The notes under the pieces were generated by a model. That model was not told where the DNA came from. It searched no databases and saw only the letters and a program-made list of their open reading frames with translations. A program made the position numbers and the translations under genes. A stretch of 64,000 nt of DNA from a virus, in the IMG/VR virus record IMGVR_UViG_3300037296_000220, positions 38,535 through 102,534 of that record. One strand, given 5' to 3'. Of the stretch, positions 47,555 through 57,474 are shown piece by piece; positions within the stretch are counted from its first letter, which is position 1; each line of letters starts with the position of its first letter.

Positions 47555-47920
47555 CTAGTTTGTGTACACAACTCGGTAATTGACGGACGCTTCGTAAAGT
47601 CCACCGTCTGACCCTGGATAACCCAACGGTTCGTGCTTGGGATGAATCACCCAGAATCGGTAGTCTCCAATCTGGCCAGGGCCAGGCATCAGTGACATTG
47701 CTTGCTCAGCCATAGCCTTTGCTGCGTCGACGGACTCAGCTCGGGCTATGATCTGCAACTCGCCGGTACGGGTTCCGTGATCGGCGATGAATGTGGGGGT
47801 CTGACTGGTGATCAACCAGGCGATGCGAGCCTCGGCCGGCATCTCGTTGCGAAACAGGTTCAGGCCGGGTGTTCCCAGTCCGCCCGCCGCCAGTTGTTCG
47901 ATGAACACTTGCAAATTCAT
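47555..47920 (-). CDS. Tail terminator / completion protein
   Basis: LF...MP, LQIIARA; position. Confidence 0.7.
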   Translation of the reverse strand: MNLQVFIEQLAAGGLGTPGLNLFRNEMPAEARIAWLITSQTPTFIADHGTRTGELQIIARAESVDAAKAMAEQAMSLMPGPGQIGDYRFWVIHPKHEPLGYPGSDGGLYEASVNYRVVYTN

Positions 47921-48348
47921 TACTTGAGCCTCCGCAGGCGTTCGCGAACTTGGGGTTCAACCCTGTTGAACGCCTTAACGAGATACTTGCCGCCGACATC
48001 GCGACCGTTCGCTTCAGCCTTGGCCTGAGAAAGCTCGCCCCGGTTCTTGTAGTGCTCATGGGTAAAGACGGCATAGTTGAAGCCCCAGCGGGTGTAGCCC
48101 GGGCCCAGAGCGTCCAGGTTGAATACACCCACATCGATCTGGAGTCGGCCCCGAATGCCCTGCTTGTTTTCTTTCAGGTCAATGGCTTTTTCCAGGAAAC
48201 CTTCGTCGACAGGTGCATGAGCCCTCGCCTCTTCCAGCATCAGGTTGGCTCCCCAGCGCAAAACACTTTCAGAGTGCTTTTTCACCCGGTCAGTGTCTCG
48301 ATACAGGCGCTTGATGACGGAACTCAACCCCCTCAGTTTGACGCTCAT
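47920..48348 (-). CDS. HK97 gp10-like tail completion protein
   Basis: APVDEGFL, YA..THE, GGKYL. Confidence 0.75.
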   Translation of the reverse strand: MSVKLRGLSSVIKRLYRDTDRVKKHSESVLRWGANLMLEEARAHAPVDEGFLEKAIDLKENKQGIRGRLQIDVGVFNLDALGPGYTRWGFNYAVFTHEHYKNRGELSQAKAEANGRDVGGKYLVKAFNRVEPQVRERLRRLK

Positions 48349-48695
48349 AGCTTCAGCGCCACCTGGTAATGATCGATCTGTCCAGACATGGAGAAGGTTG
48401 GCTCGACGCGCCAGATTTTGTACCGCTTACCCATGATGGTGATGGCATCGTCTTCTTTAAGACTGGCTGTTGGCGCAACCAGGATCGAGTAATTGGCAGT
48501 CTGTTCGCTGGCCCGCTCTTTGGAGCCCGACTTGTCCGCTCGAATACTGGAAGACTGCAGCTCGGAGATCAGGTTGATAGGGGTGATGCCGACAGGGGCC
48601 GCGGGGCCATACTCTTTTTGTCCGGTCACGGTGTAGCCCACAACCGGCTGGGTCATGACATACATCGTTGGCAGAAACATAGAGCTGAGAAACAT
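48345..48695 (-). CDS. Head closure protein
   Basis: Beta-rich, 116 aa; position in neck module. Confidence 0.7.
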   Translation of the reverse strand: MFLSSMFLPTMYVMTQPVVGYTVTGQKEYGPAAPVGITPINLISELQSSSIRADKSGSKERASEQTANYSILVAPTASLKEDDAITIMGKRYKIWRVEPTFSMSGQIDHYQVALKL

Positions 48696-48715
48696 GACAC
48701 CTCCAGAGTTGGCCC

Positions 48716-48743
48716 GATTATAACAAACTTAGTTGTTTGTGTA
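48716..48743 (-). promoter_or_regulatory. Late-type promoter for the neck/tail operon
   Basis: TACACAAACAACTAAGTT-TGT-TATAAT. Confidence 0.7.
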
Positions 48744-48745
48744 TA

Positions 48746-49450
48746 TTACAAGTCCACGAAGGCGAAGCTGTTCGGATGAAAGTACACCGACTCCAGATCC
48801 TGATACTCAGACAGATCAAACTCCCGACCGTGAAAGCGATGCCCGGGTCGATCAATGCGCCCTTGCGACTGCCCCAGCTTTAACCAGGTGGCTGTCCGGA
48901 CAACGTTGACGATCTCCAGGTAGCCCTGCTGCAAGTGATTGCGAATGTAGTTCTCCGCTTTCAGGCGCCGACCAATACTGTCCATGTGCTCAAACTCGGG
49001 CATGCCAAAGTTTGCGCTGGCCTTCCCGTCCAGATCCGCAAGCTGATACATGCGAAAGTGTTTCAGTACGGTTTGCGCGTCTGACCCAAGCTGATGAATG
49101 ACGTTGTCGAGCAGTCTGTTTGACGCGCTCTCAGCATACGCTTGGACGAACGTTTTCAGCTCAGTAGTGTGTTGGTTTGACTCAGTCCCGGGTGCGCGCT
49201 GTAGTGCGTATGAGAGCGCTTTCTCGAACGCGACCGTCGCAGTGTCCTGTATTTCTTCCTTGATCACCGGGCCGTAGTGACCTAGCGCCCAATGACATTG
49301 TGTCACCAATGGGTTGAACTGGGTCAGCGGCTCGTCATGAACTGTCGCGTTTTGGTAGGCACCGATCAAGGTGTCCTGATACAGAGAGTAATGCTGCAGG
49401 GTTTTGGCCACCTGGGCGCGCAACAGGGCGCGCAATTCATCATTGTTCAT
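48746..49450 (-). CDS. Virion morphogenesis protein (minor head protein-like)
   Basis: DSIGRR and C-terminal FHPN motifs; position. Confidence 0.6.
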   Translation of the reverse strand: MNNDELRALLRAQVAKTLQHYSLYQDTLIGAYQNATVHDEPLTQFNPLVTQCHWALGHYGPVIKEEIQDTATVAFEKALSYALQRAPGTESNQHTTELKTFVQAYAESASNRLLDNVIHQLGSDAQTVLKHFRMYQLADLDGKASANFGMPEFEHMDSIGRRLKAENYIRNHLQQGYLEIVNVVRTATWLKLGQSQGRIDRPGHRFHGREFDLSEYQDLESVYFHPNSFAFVDL

Positions 49451-50310
49451 CGAGACACCTTTGCGGTCCAGTTGACCAAGCCTTTCATGGCGTCCATCGT
49501 TTTGCGGCTGACGGGCAGTGCCACCGGCTTTGAGGTTTGAAAGAAGTGCGTACTTTCACCGGCAGAATGTGACAAAAGTCCCGCTTTGCGTCGCTCTTCA
49601 ATTGGGTCGCCACCCAGCAGGTAGTTGGCCTCGATCAACGTGGCCAGCATCAGTTGTTTGCGAACCCGCTCGGTTAACATGCCCAACTCCGCCAGGTCCA
49701 GATCGTTGGTAGTGCTCACGATGTTGTCCGGGGTTGCCTGAATGTTGACCCGAACCAGGCCAATGTTGTCGTAGGCGTTCATGATCGCTGTGCGGAAGGT
49801 TGACAGGTCTGTGCTCAGATACTGACCCAGTGCCGGCAAATCCAGGCGGCGTTGAGCCAGCTTGATCAGGTCATCCTCAACCGCAAAGCTGTCCACGCCG
49901 GGTGTCAGGCCTTCCGGCTCAAAGTAAAGAACTTGGCGCTGCAGGTAGCTCTCGCCCTCTTCGTCAAAATTCAGGTCGAAGGTTGAGACCGAGTCGGCAC
50001 TGCCTCCGTTGGGCAGGTATGCGATTGCCTTACCTTCTTTGATGATCAGGTGATATTGCTCGCCGAAGCTCAGAAACACATCGACCAGAACAACCGTTGT
50101 GTCAGGGTATGTCAGGGTTATGACCGCTTTGTCACTGCCTTCAAACCCGCTGGGGATTGAGCCCTGAGCAAAGACATTACTTAACCAATTGATTGCCTGA
50201 CCAAAGGCGAAGGTGGCAAAGGGGGTGGTCAGTTCGGCATCCGTCCCGACTGGGTAAGTCAGGCCATAGAGCAAACTGGTCTTTTCGGGTGTTCCAGCCG
50301 GGATGATCAT
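49447..50310 (-). CDS. Head-tail adaptor-like protein
   Basis: GVDSF, EANYLLGGD, GL.S...GES pattern; position. Confidence 0.65.
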   Translation of the reverse strand: MIIPAGTPEKTSLLYGLTYPVGTDAELTTPFATFAFGQAINWLSNVFAQGSIPSGFEGSDKAVITLTYPDTTVVLVDVFLSFGEQYHLIIKEGKAIAYLPNGGSADSVSTFDLNFDEEGESYLQRQVLYFEPEGLTPGVDSFAVEDDLIKLAQRRLDLPALGQYLSTDLSTFRTAIMNAYDNIGLVRVNIQATPDNIVSTTNDLDLAELGMLTERVRKQLMLATLIEANYLLGGDPIEERRKAGLLSHSAGESTHFFQTSKPVALPVSRKTMDAMKGLVNWTAKVSR

Positions 50311-50368
50311 AGATTCTCACTTAGTTGTCAGTGTGCCGAATGTACCGCAATTTGGCACGAAACTCCAG

Positions 50369-50388
50369 AAAAAGGGGCCGTAGCCCCT
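50369..50388 (-). terminator. Terminator after the Ig-repeat gene
   Basis: AGGGGC-TACG-GCCCCT followed by TTTT. Confidence 0.7.
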
Positions 50389-50393
50389 CCCTT

Positions 50394-53300
50394 TTATGTT
50401 GACAGCGCCATCTTGTTCAAGGTGAGCTGGGGTGTTCCGGTTGTGGGTGTCGTCGGGTCAGGGGTAAACGTCACGGTTGTGTCGTTCGATGCTGTGACAG
50501 TAACGGGGTAATCCGCCCCTGCAACGGTCACAAACCCTTCCCAATACTGACTCGCTTCCAGGCTGGCTGACAACGAGAATGTCACCACGTTCGACTGCCC
50601 CAGGCGCAACACGTTGTCACCATTGATGCCCGTCACTTCATTTACGGAAGGCGCTTCAACAGTCACGGTGCGTGTTGCTGTGCCAGTGTTACCCCGTGAG
50701 TCCGTCACTGAGTAAGTCAGGGTATAAACCCCATCTGTACCAGTGTCGACTGACCCCGTCACAACAACTGCGCCGGTGATGTTTCCATCCAGGTTATCGC
50801 TGGCTGAGAAGCCCGGCTCTGTCCAGGTGTCACCCCGGGTCAGCGTGACCGCGCCGCCCACAAGCGTAATGACAGGCAGCACAGCATCGGCTGTTACGGT
50901 GACGGTGCGCGTCGCCGTACCGGTGTTATCTGCCGAGTCAGTGACGCTGTAGGTCAGAACGTACTGGCCAGGCACCGCCGTGTTCACTGAACCCGTGATC
51001 GTCACTGAACCCGTGATGTTTCCATCCAGGTTGTCGCTGGCTGTGAAGCCCGGCTCTGCCCAGGTGTCACCCTCTGCGATTGACACATCCCCGCCGGTCA
51101 ACGTGATCACCGGCAAAACGGTATCAGCCACCACTGTCACAGTTCGAGTAACAGAACTCTCGTTGCCGGCTGCATCCGTCACGCTGTAGGTCAGGATGTA
51201 AGTGCCTGGCACGGCAGAGTTCACTGTGCCCGTAACCACAACTGAGCCGGTTAAGTCGCCGTCAACGCCGTCGTTCGCTGAGTAGCCAGGTTCCGAGAAC
51301 GCTTCACCTTCAGCAATGGAAATGTCGCCATCGGTCAAAGTGATGACGGGGGCAGTAACATCCAAACCTGTAACGGTGACAGTACGAGTAGTTGTGCCGG
51401 TGTTGCCGGCGGCATCTGTAACACTGTAGGTTAGAACGTATTGACCCGGTACCGCCGTATTGACAGTGCCTGAGATCGACACAGAGGCGGTCAGATCACC
51501 GTCTTCGTTGTCTGTCGCTAAATAGCCGGGCTCGGTCCAGGCTGTACCCTCCTCAATCGACACATCACCATCAGTCAGAGTGATAACGGGCGCGATACCG
51601 TCTGCTATCCCGACATTATTTGCTGTTACCAATGGCAACCCGGTATCACTTAATACCGCCCCACTGATGTCAGGGTCGGCTTCAAAGTGATAAGTTAGTA
51701 ACGATGTTGTCGCCAAGGCGGCGTGCGTCAGCTCGATCTGGTCGTTGCCGACTGCAACCGCTGCGCTGATCGCCTCACCTTCAGTAAAGCGAAAACCAGT
51801 AATGCCTGTCTGTGGAGTAATGGCGGTGACGTTGGCCAGTGTGACGACGGTTGTGGTTGCAGAGGTTGCCGCTGCCGACACGACGGTGGGCGCAGAGTCG
51901 TATGGCAAACCTTCCAACACTGAACCAACTACGGTCGCAGCACGCTCAGCCTGGATAGCGTAGGCAGCGTTCGTCAGATGCACTGTGTCGCCGTGCATGG
52001 TCAGGTCGTAGGAGTAAGCAGCTCGATACACGCCATCTGTCTGCAAGAACTGTTCTTCGGCCTCAAGCAAATACTGCCACTGAATATCAGTCCGGGGCGG
52101 TGTGCCTCGCTGCACCCCAATGTTGAAAAAGGGAACACTGGCGCCAACTAGAGTTTGGACCCGGTTGTGCAGTCGCGTGAACTTGTCTAGGGCGTCTGCC
52201 GTATCGACTAGCGCTTCCCAGGCGGCGTCGTTGTAGCCGGCAATCATGACTACACCAGCAATCGCTGTGCCCTGAGCCGCGAGGTTCTGCACAGCAGTTT
52301 GAAACAGAGGGTATTGCGAGCTTCCGTTGGCCCATGAGCCCATGTGAGAACCGCTATAGCCGAAATCCAGCGCAAGCATTGCGGCTCCGGTGATTGCGGT
52401 AATGCTAGCCGCAAATGACAAGCCGCCCTGACCCGATGTCACATTGTTCCGGTATCCATCCTGATCGAGCACGACAAAGCCCGGCACTTCTGTACCTGAA
52501 CCATTGCCATACCAGTATTGCATCGAACTATCGCCGATCATCCCGAACACGTCGCCCACATACCAGGCGCCAGATGCGACCGTCGAGCTGACCGGGGTTC
52601 CTGACAGCATCGATCGCACTTCTACGGTGTAAGGCTCAACGCTTTTGGGTACCACAATATCAACTGTAAAGTCATCAGCGCCAACCGTAGAGGATGTCCA
52701 ACTAACCACCTCTGTCACGCCTTGTATTACGCGTACTTCAACATCGTCCAGCTCAGCACCGGCCTCAAACGTGCCGCTTACGGTGACTGTGCCGTTATCC
52801 CCTGTCCGGGTCACGAACTGATTTTCAACAGGGGCCGTGATGGTAGGCGTTGTGACAGCCGCCTCAACCACTGTGACGGTTCGGGTGGCTGTGACGGTGT
52901 TTTCTGCGGCGTCCGTCACTGAGTAGTTCAGCGTGTACGTCCCAGCCGTAGAAGTGTCTACTGTGCCCGTAACACCTACGTTCGAGGTGATGTCACCGTC
53001 CACGTTGTCAGTCGCAGAGTAGCCCGGGTCTGTCCAGGTTGACCCAACAACCCTGGTCACGTCACCATCGACCAGCGTGATTACTGGAGCTGTGGTATCT
53101 GCTACTGCTGGTGCTGCACTGGCAAACCCGAACCAGGCGGACCAATCTGAAGTCACAGCATCCAGGGTTTCATTAACCCGGTATTCATACTGAGTTTCAG
53201 AGGCAAGGCCTGCCAGTGCGTAGCTGGGGCTGGTCAGACCTGAGACCAGAGTTTCGTTACCTGTGTCGTTTAGCAGACGCCATTGCAGATCGTTGGTGGC

Positions 53301-53969
53301 ACCGGTTGGGCCGGCATCCCAGGACAGGTCCACAGTTGTCTCAGTGGCGTTATCTGCAGCCAAGCCGGTTGGTACACTTGCAGCAACGTCATACTCAATC
53401 CACTGACTGTCATCACCCACAAAATTGAGCAACGTGCCGTCGTTTCCGCCAATCTCATCAATCAGCACTAGCCCGGTGCCACCGGAGGCATCGGCATTCC
53501 AGTAATGCGAGATACCGCCGGGTGCCTCAAGGCTGACGCTGTACAAGTCATAGTCGGAGTAATAGTTGGTCGATACTTGGCCAAAGCGCTCAAATTCAAA
53601 TGTAGCGGGATGGTTGCCTGCAATCGTGCGAACGGCCCCACCATTAACCTGTATTCCTATAACGCCAGCCGTTCGAGTAAAGACCACGGTGAACCGCTGG
53701 CCCTGACCAGGCCAGTAATCCGTTGGGTCGCCGTAGTTGATGAAACCCCCGCCGGCAACGTTCCAGAAGACCCCAGGGCTGCCGTAGACTGCGGCGAAGT
53801 TCTGGTTGCTTGTGGCGCCACCAAACAGCACAGCAGCCCCGCCGTTGCCACTGTTCGTCACCATGGATATGTCCATAGTGATCGTAAAGTCACCGGTCAG
53901 TTGTATCGCTGAAGCAAGCTGTACCCACTCGTTTGTAGTACGACCCAGTTTTCGTAGAAAGTGCGCCAT
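50394..53969 (-). CDS. Multidomain protein: LamG-like, FN3, Ig-like repeats and SGNH hydrolase
   Basis: Five PVITL..YSVTD.AGN..RTVTV repeats; GDSS, GYND and DTVH motifs. Confidence 0.85.
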   Translation of the reverse strand: MAHFLRKLGRTTNEWVQLASAIQLTGDFTITMDISMVTNSGNGGAAVLFGGATSNQNFAAVYGSPGVFWNVAGGGFINYGDPTDYWPGQGQRFTVVFTRTAGVIGIQVNGGAVRTIAGNHPATFEFERFGQVSTNYYSDYDLYSVSLEAPGGISHYWNADASGGTGLVLIDEIGGNDGTLLNFVGDDSQWIEYDVAASVPTGLAADNATETTVDLSWDAGPTGATNDLQWRLLNDTGNETLVSGLTSPSYALAGLASETQYEYRVNETLDAVTSDWSAWFGFASAAPAVADTTAPVITLVDGDVTRVVGSTWTDPGYSATDNVDGDITSNVGVTGTVDTSTAGTYTLNYSVTDAAENTVTATRTVTVVEAAVTTPTITAPVENQFVTRTGDNGTVTVSGTFEAGAELDDVEVRVIQGVTEVVSWTSSTVGADDFTVDIVVPKSVEPYTVEVRSMLSGTPVSSTVASGAWYVGDVFGMIGDSSMQYWYGNGSGTEVPGFVVLDQDGYRNNVTSGQGGLSFAASITAITGAAMLALDFGYSGSHMGSWANGSSQYPLFQTAVQNLAAQGTAIAGVVMIAGYNDAAWEALVDTADALDKFTRLHNRVQTLVGASVPFFNIGVQRGTPPRTDIQWQYLLEAEEQFLQTDGVYRAAYSYDLTMHGDTVHLTNAAYAIQAERAATVVGSVLEGLPYDSAPTVVSAAATSATTTVVTLANVTAITPQTGITGFRFTEGEAISAAVAVGNDQIELTHAALATTSLLTYHFEADPDISGAVLSDTGLPLVTANNVGIADGIAPVITLTDGDVSIEEGTAWTEPGYLATDNEDGDLTASVSISGTVNTAVPGQYVLTYSVTDAAGNTGTTTRTVTVTGLDVTAPVITLTDGDISIAEGEAFSEPGYSANDGVDGDLTGSVVVTGTVNSAVPGTYILTYSVTDAAGNESSVTRTVTVVADTVLPVITLTGGDVSIAEGDTWAEPGFTASDNLDGNITGSVTITGSVNTAVPGQYVLTYSVTDSADNTGTATRTVTVTADAVLPVITLVGGAVTLTRGDTWTEPGFSASDNLDGNITGAVVVTGSVDTGTDGVYTLTYSVTDSRGNTGTATRTVTVEAPSVNEVTGINGDNVLRLGQSNVVTFSLSASLEASQYWEGFVTVAGADYPVTVTASNDTTVTFTPDPTTPTTGTPQLTLNKMALST

Positions 53970-53972
53970 CGA

Positions 53973-54356
53973 TTACACTCCCGACTCTGTCAGAGTTATT
54001 GAGGCTGCCTGGGTTGGGTGCAAAACCGTGCCCGGGCCTGAGTCGTTACCTGCTGTTGGGAGAGCTGGGAAGGTGCCCGGGAACAGAGGGTCGTTATCGA
54101 CCGTGTCGTAATAGATATTCCCACCATTGATACCGGTGGCGCCCTGGTTGCCATAAAAATTCAGATAGCCCCCACCAGGCTGCGCATTGGACTCACCAAT
54201 GTTTGCGGGCAACTGGTTTTCAAAAGCCAGTTCAAAAAATTTTACGGCACCTTCGGCGCGGGTCCCGCTAACCAATGCTGGGTTCGTGCTAATTAGCGGG
54301 TTATTCGCTTTGCGAATGCCCTGAATCAGACTGAGATTTAATGCTGGGACTGCCAT
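53973..54356 (-). CDS. Hypothetical protein, possibly virion-associated
   Basis: 127-aa ORF in operon. Confidence 0.6.
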   Translation of the reverse strand: MAVPALNLSLIQGIRKANNPLISTNPALVSGTRAEGAVKFFELAFENQLPANIGESNAQPGGGYLNFYGNQGATGINGGNIYYDTVDNDPLFPGTFPALPTAGNDSGPGTVLHPTQAASITLTESGV

Positions 54357-54358
54357 TG

Positions 54359-55123
54359 TTATGCCTCTACGGTCATGTTTGAGAAGGTGAAGGTTTCAAC
54401 AACAGTAGGAATCCGAACCGTAAATCCAGAGAAGATGAATGACTCGACCAGAGTGGGTTCAGGTTCAACAACGTCATCAATGACGGCCAGCAGCTTGGTT
54501 TGGGTCGCTGTCAATTCCCCGTCGGAGACGGTCAGTGTCACGCTGTAGTTGCCGGCTGTGGCGTAGGTGTAAGTCACCTGAGCACCTTCGGCGGACGCAC
54601 CATTGCCAAAGGTCCAGATGTAGCTCAGGGCATCCCCATCCGGGTCACTCGACGCAGACGCATCTAAATCGACGCTCAGGCCGTCCAGAATCTGTGTGTA
54701 GCTCGCGACAGGGGGATTGTTCACTGTGACGACAGACACGCTCAGGGACGCTGTCAGAGCGCTTGCGTTGCCCGCCCTGTCAACTGCCTGGGCTGAGACT
54801 TCATAGTCGCCCGTCGGCAGGTTCAGATCGTTCAACTCGAAGGAGCCAGTCAGGCCGCTTCGTACCGGTGCACCATCGACATAGAGCGTCCAGACAGCGG
54901 TCGCATCGTCGATGGTTGGGATAAGGAGTGAGCCAACCAGGGTCAGCTCAATGGTGGGGGCTACGGTGTCCGTCAGGTCGATACGCACCGTGGTGATGAC
55001 ACCAGTGGCGTTGCGCTTAGACAGGCTCAGGACATCCGGCAGAATGAAATTTCCATCGATGTCTTTAAGGTCAAATTCAATGATGACCGGTTCGCCAGGC
55101 TTCCGTTTGATCACCCCCGACAT
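54359..55123 (-). CDS. PKD/Ig-domain protein
   Basis: NNPPVA, DASASSDPDGD, WTFGNG, YATAGNYSVTLTVSD. Confidence 0.85.
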   Translation of the reverse strand: MSGVIKRKPGEPVIIEFDLKDIDGNFILPDVLSLSKRNATGVITTVRIDLTDTVAPTIELTLVGSLLIPTIDDATAVWTLYVDGAPVRSGLTGSFELNDLNLPTGDYEVSAQAVDRAGNASALTASLSVSVVTVNNPPVASYTQILDGLSVDLDASASSDPDGDALSYIWTFGNGASAEGAQVTYTYATAGNYSVTLTVSDGELTATQTKLLAVIDDVVEPEPTLVESFIFSGFTVRIPTVVETFTFSNMTVEA

Positions 55124-55124
55124 G

Positions 55125-55565
55125 TTAGCTGCCCCGCTTTGCTTTCAAGGCCAGCAGACCGTCGATGATGCCAACGATCGAGGTGCCCTTGACGCCATAG
55201 GGGGTAGCAAATTCACGCAAAGGTGAAATGCCCTGGTCGGCCAGTTCAGCTAGGGTTTCAGCAGTGAAGTCCCAGGTTAGGCTTTCATCGGTAGGCACTT
55301 TCACTTCAGCCTTTTTCTTGCCGGTCGCCTTGACCGCCTTACCTTCGATGGACTTGTTGCGAGATTTCAGCTCGCGAGTACCGGCGCCGCCCTGCTCGCT
55401 GGAGCCGTCGGTATTGAGCACTTCAATTTGTACGATCGCACCAATCTGCTCAACTTCCCGGGAGGTCAGTTCGTCAACGGAGACGCCTTCTACAAATTGG
55501 TGAACGCCGAAAAAGCCGGTCAGGTTCATCCATCCTTTGCTCAGTAATTTGATCTTGTTAGCCAT
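55125..55565 (-). CDS. Capsid-associated protein
   Basis: Directly after the major capsid gene; short helical C-terminal motif. Confidence 0.65.
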   Translation of the reverse strand: MANKIKLLSKGWMNLTGFFGVHQFVEGVSVDELTSREVEQIGAIVQIEVLNTDGSSEQGGAGTRELKSRNKSIEGKAVKATGKKKAEVKVPTDESLTWDFTAETLAELADQGISPLREFATPYGVKGTSIVGIIDGLLALKAKRGS

Positions 55566-55580
55566 ATAACCCTCTCAAAC

Positions 55581-55602
55581 AAAAGGGGCTCGAAGCCCCT
55601 TA
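55581..55602 (-). terminator. Terminator after the major capsid gene
   Basis: AAGGGGCT-TCG-AGCCCCTT followed by TT. Confidence 0.72.
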
Positions 55603-55645
55603 TAAGTTAACTCACCAAATAATCAATCTTAGTTGTTTGTGTGAA

Positions 55646-56551
55646 TTAGACGTTAGTAATACCGTACAGAGCAGCCAGGGACTGAGTGCTCTTCAGTGCA
55701 ACACTCCAGTAGGCCTTGAGGCGTGTACGGGTGGCATCTTTATTTTGGACGGTGCCCAGGTCTTCGACGATGATGCCGGCAGATTCGCCACCGTAGATGC
55801 CGTGCAGACCGTCTACTTCGTTCAGGCGAACGGCGTAGATGGAGCAGGTGTCGTCAGCAGTACCCTGAGCGACATCACCTTCGATGAAGTCGTTGATCAG
55901 GATGGGCACGCCGTCGAACGCCGGGACCGAGAAACCGAAGTCTTCGATCATGAAACGTTCGGCAGTGTTACCGCCGGCTGCGCGCAGCAATTGCTTGAGC
56001 GCACGGTAGGTGCCGCGACGCATGACGTAAGCGTCAACGCCATTAGGGACCATGTCTTTCAGTTCGTCGAGCATGTCCATGGACAGAGCCATGCCGTTTG
56101 CACCCGCTTCCAGACGCTGACCGGTGTCGCGCACCAGCTTGTCGATGCCGTCGAAAGACTTGGCGTTGGCAGAAGAGTCACCCTGGACCAGCGCACGCTT
56201 GAACGCACGACCCATACCCTTCGCCTTCATCGCCAACTGAATGGCTTTCTGGTCATTGGTGTCAGACTCAGTACCTTGCAGGAACTTGTCGACATCAACG
56301 TCACCAGCGATGATCCGCAGGCGAGTAGTGATTTCTTCCGCCTGAGAGGCTTCTTCCGGAATGGTGTCGTTCGGGTCAAGGAACACGCCTTCAGACACAA
56401 CGCTTTCGCGGTTGTAGACGTAGGCCTTGCCGTCGGTACGCTGGAACGGCAGGAAGGCGAACAGGTCATCACGGTCGATGATCTCTTCGACGACGCCGCG
56501 CTGCAGGTCGTTGTTGCTGAGGTTATCAGCGATGGTTTTCAGTAATGGCAT
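55646..56551 (-). CDS. Major capsid protein (start MPLLKT)
   Basis: LPF, YNRE, GDVDVDKF, FDGI, SIYAVRL; AGGAG RBS; follows scaffold. Confidence 0.9.
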   Translation of the reverse strand: MPLLKTIADNLSNNDLQRGVVEEIIDRDDLFAFLPFQRTDGKAYVYNRESVVSEGVFLDPNDTIPEEASQAEEITTRLRIIAGDVDVDKFLQGTESDTNDQKAIQLAMKAKGMGRAFKRALVQGDSSANAKSFDGIDKLVRDTGQRLEAGANGMALSMDMLDELKDMVPNGVDAYVMRRGTYRALKQLLRAAGGNTAERFMIEDFGFSVPAFDGVPILINDFIEGDVAQGTADDTCSIYAVRLNEVDGLHGIYGGESAGIIVEDLGTVQNKDATRTRLKAYWSVALKSTQSLAALYGITNV

Positions 56552-56593
56552 TACCTTACTCCTGTCAATTGACAATTGCTTTGCACAAAGGGG

Positions 56594-57469
56594 TTACTTC
56601 TTCGCGTTCAGGGCGCCCAAAATTCGGGAATGCCCGCGAACTTCTTGCTTGTCCAGATCCGGGGTCTTCAGGTCTTCAGTGGTGCGACTGCCCGGGCCTG
56701 GTTTCATCTTGCTTTTAAGCAGTGACTTGCTTTCTGGGTGCTTCGCATACAGCTCTCCAATCGCTGCATCGAAACTCAATGGCTTGCCCTCTGCGTCCAC
56801 CAGGGGTGTTCGATCGGCGGCGCCCGCTGGCTTGTCATAAGCGACAACGCCGCTATCAGACCGCTCAAAGTGACCCAGGAACAGATTTCGAGCGATGCTC
56901 AACGGAATGGCGCTCTCTTTCGAAATGAACTCGGAGTCGCTGAATGAGCGCCCGATGGTCAGTTCTTCCAGTTGCGCGTTGGCTGCGGCCAGTTGCTCTT
57001 TTAAAGTGCCAACTTCGGTAGTCAGTTCTGTCGTGGCGGCTTCGGCTCGGGTCTTCATCTGCTCAACGATTCGGTCGTATTCGCCTTTGCGCTCCAGGTC
57101 TTGTCGTTCACGGTCAGCGCGAGCTTGTTCCAACTGCTCTACTGACTCGACGCCCAATTCCTTCAGAGTGCTGGACAGGCCAGACTGGAGCGATTCGAGC
57201 GTCTTGTTCAATTCAGCCAGTTGGCTGTCGCGAGCTTGCAGATCAGCTTTCAGCTTGGCTTCGGCAGCTTTAGCTTTGTCCGGGTCTGCTGCAGCGGCGG
57301 CTTTGGCGGCTGCAGCGTCTGCTGCGACTGCTTTGTCTGCTGCGGCTTTGTCTGCTGCGGCTTTGTCTGCTGCGGCTTTGTCAGCTTCAGAAGGCTCTTC
57401 ACGAACGAACATCGGCTGAGTTTGTTCAATGCGGTACAAAAAAGGTTCTGCTTTAGACACGTTGGTCAC
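56594..57469 (-). CDS. Capsid scaffolding protein
   Basis: Coiled coil with DKAAA repeats; between portal and capsid. Confidence 0.8.
   Translation of the reverse strand: MTNVSKAEPFLYRIEQTQPMFVREEPSEADKAAADKAAADKAAADKAVAADAAAAKAAAAADPDKAKAAEAKLKADLQARDSQLAELNKTLESLQSGLSSTLKELGVESVEQLEQARADRERQDLERKGEYDRIVEQMKTRAEAATTELTTEVGTLKEQLAAANAQLEELTIGRSFSDSEFISKESAIPLSIARNLFLGHFERSDSGVVAYDKPAGAADRTPLVDAEGKPLSFDAAIGELYAKHPESKSLLKSKMKPGPGSRTTEDLKTPDLDKQEVRGHSRILGALNAKK
57331..57382. repeat. 15-bp tandem repeat (CTTTGTCTGCTGCGG x3.5) within the scaffold gene
   Basis: Direct reading; encodes (DKAAA)n. Confidence 0.9.
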
Positions 57470-57474
57470 TCCAA

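Noticed and set aside
55637-56545. 302-aa plus-strand ORF
   Set aside because: Antisense shadow of the major capsid gene with no recognisable motifs; the same applies to other long antisense ORFs such as 40660-41484, 12866-13558 and 46913-47611
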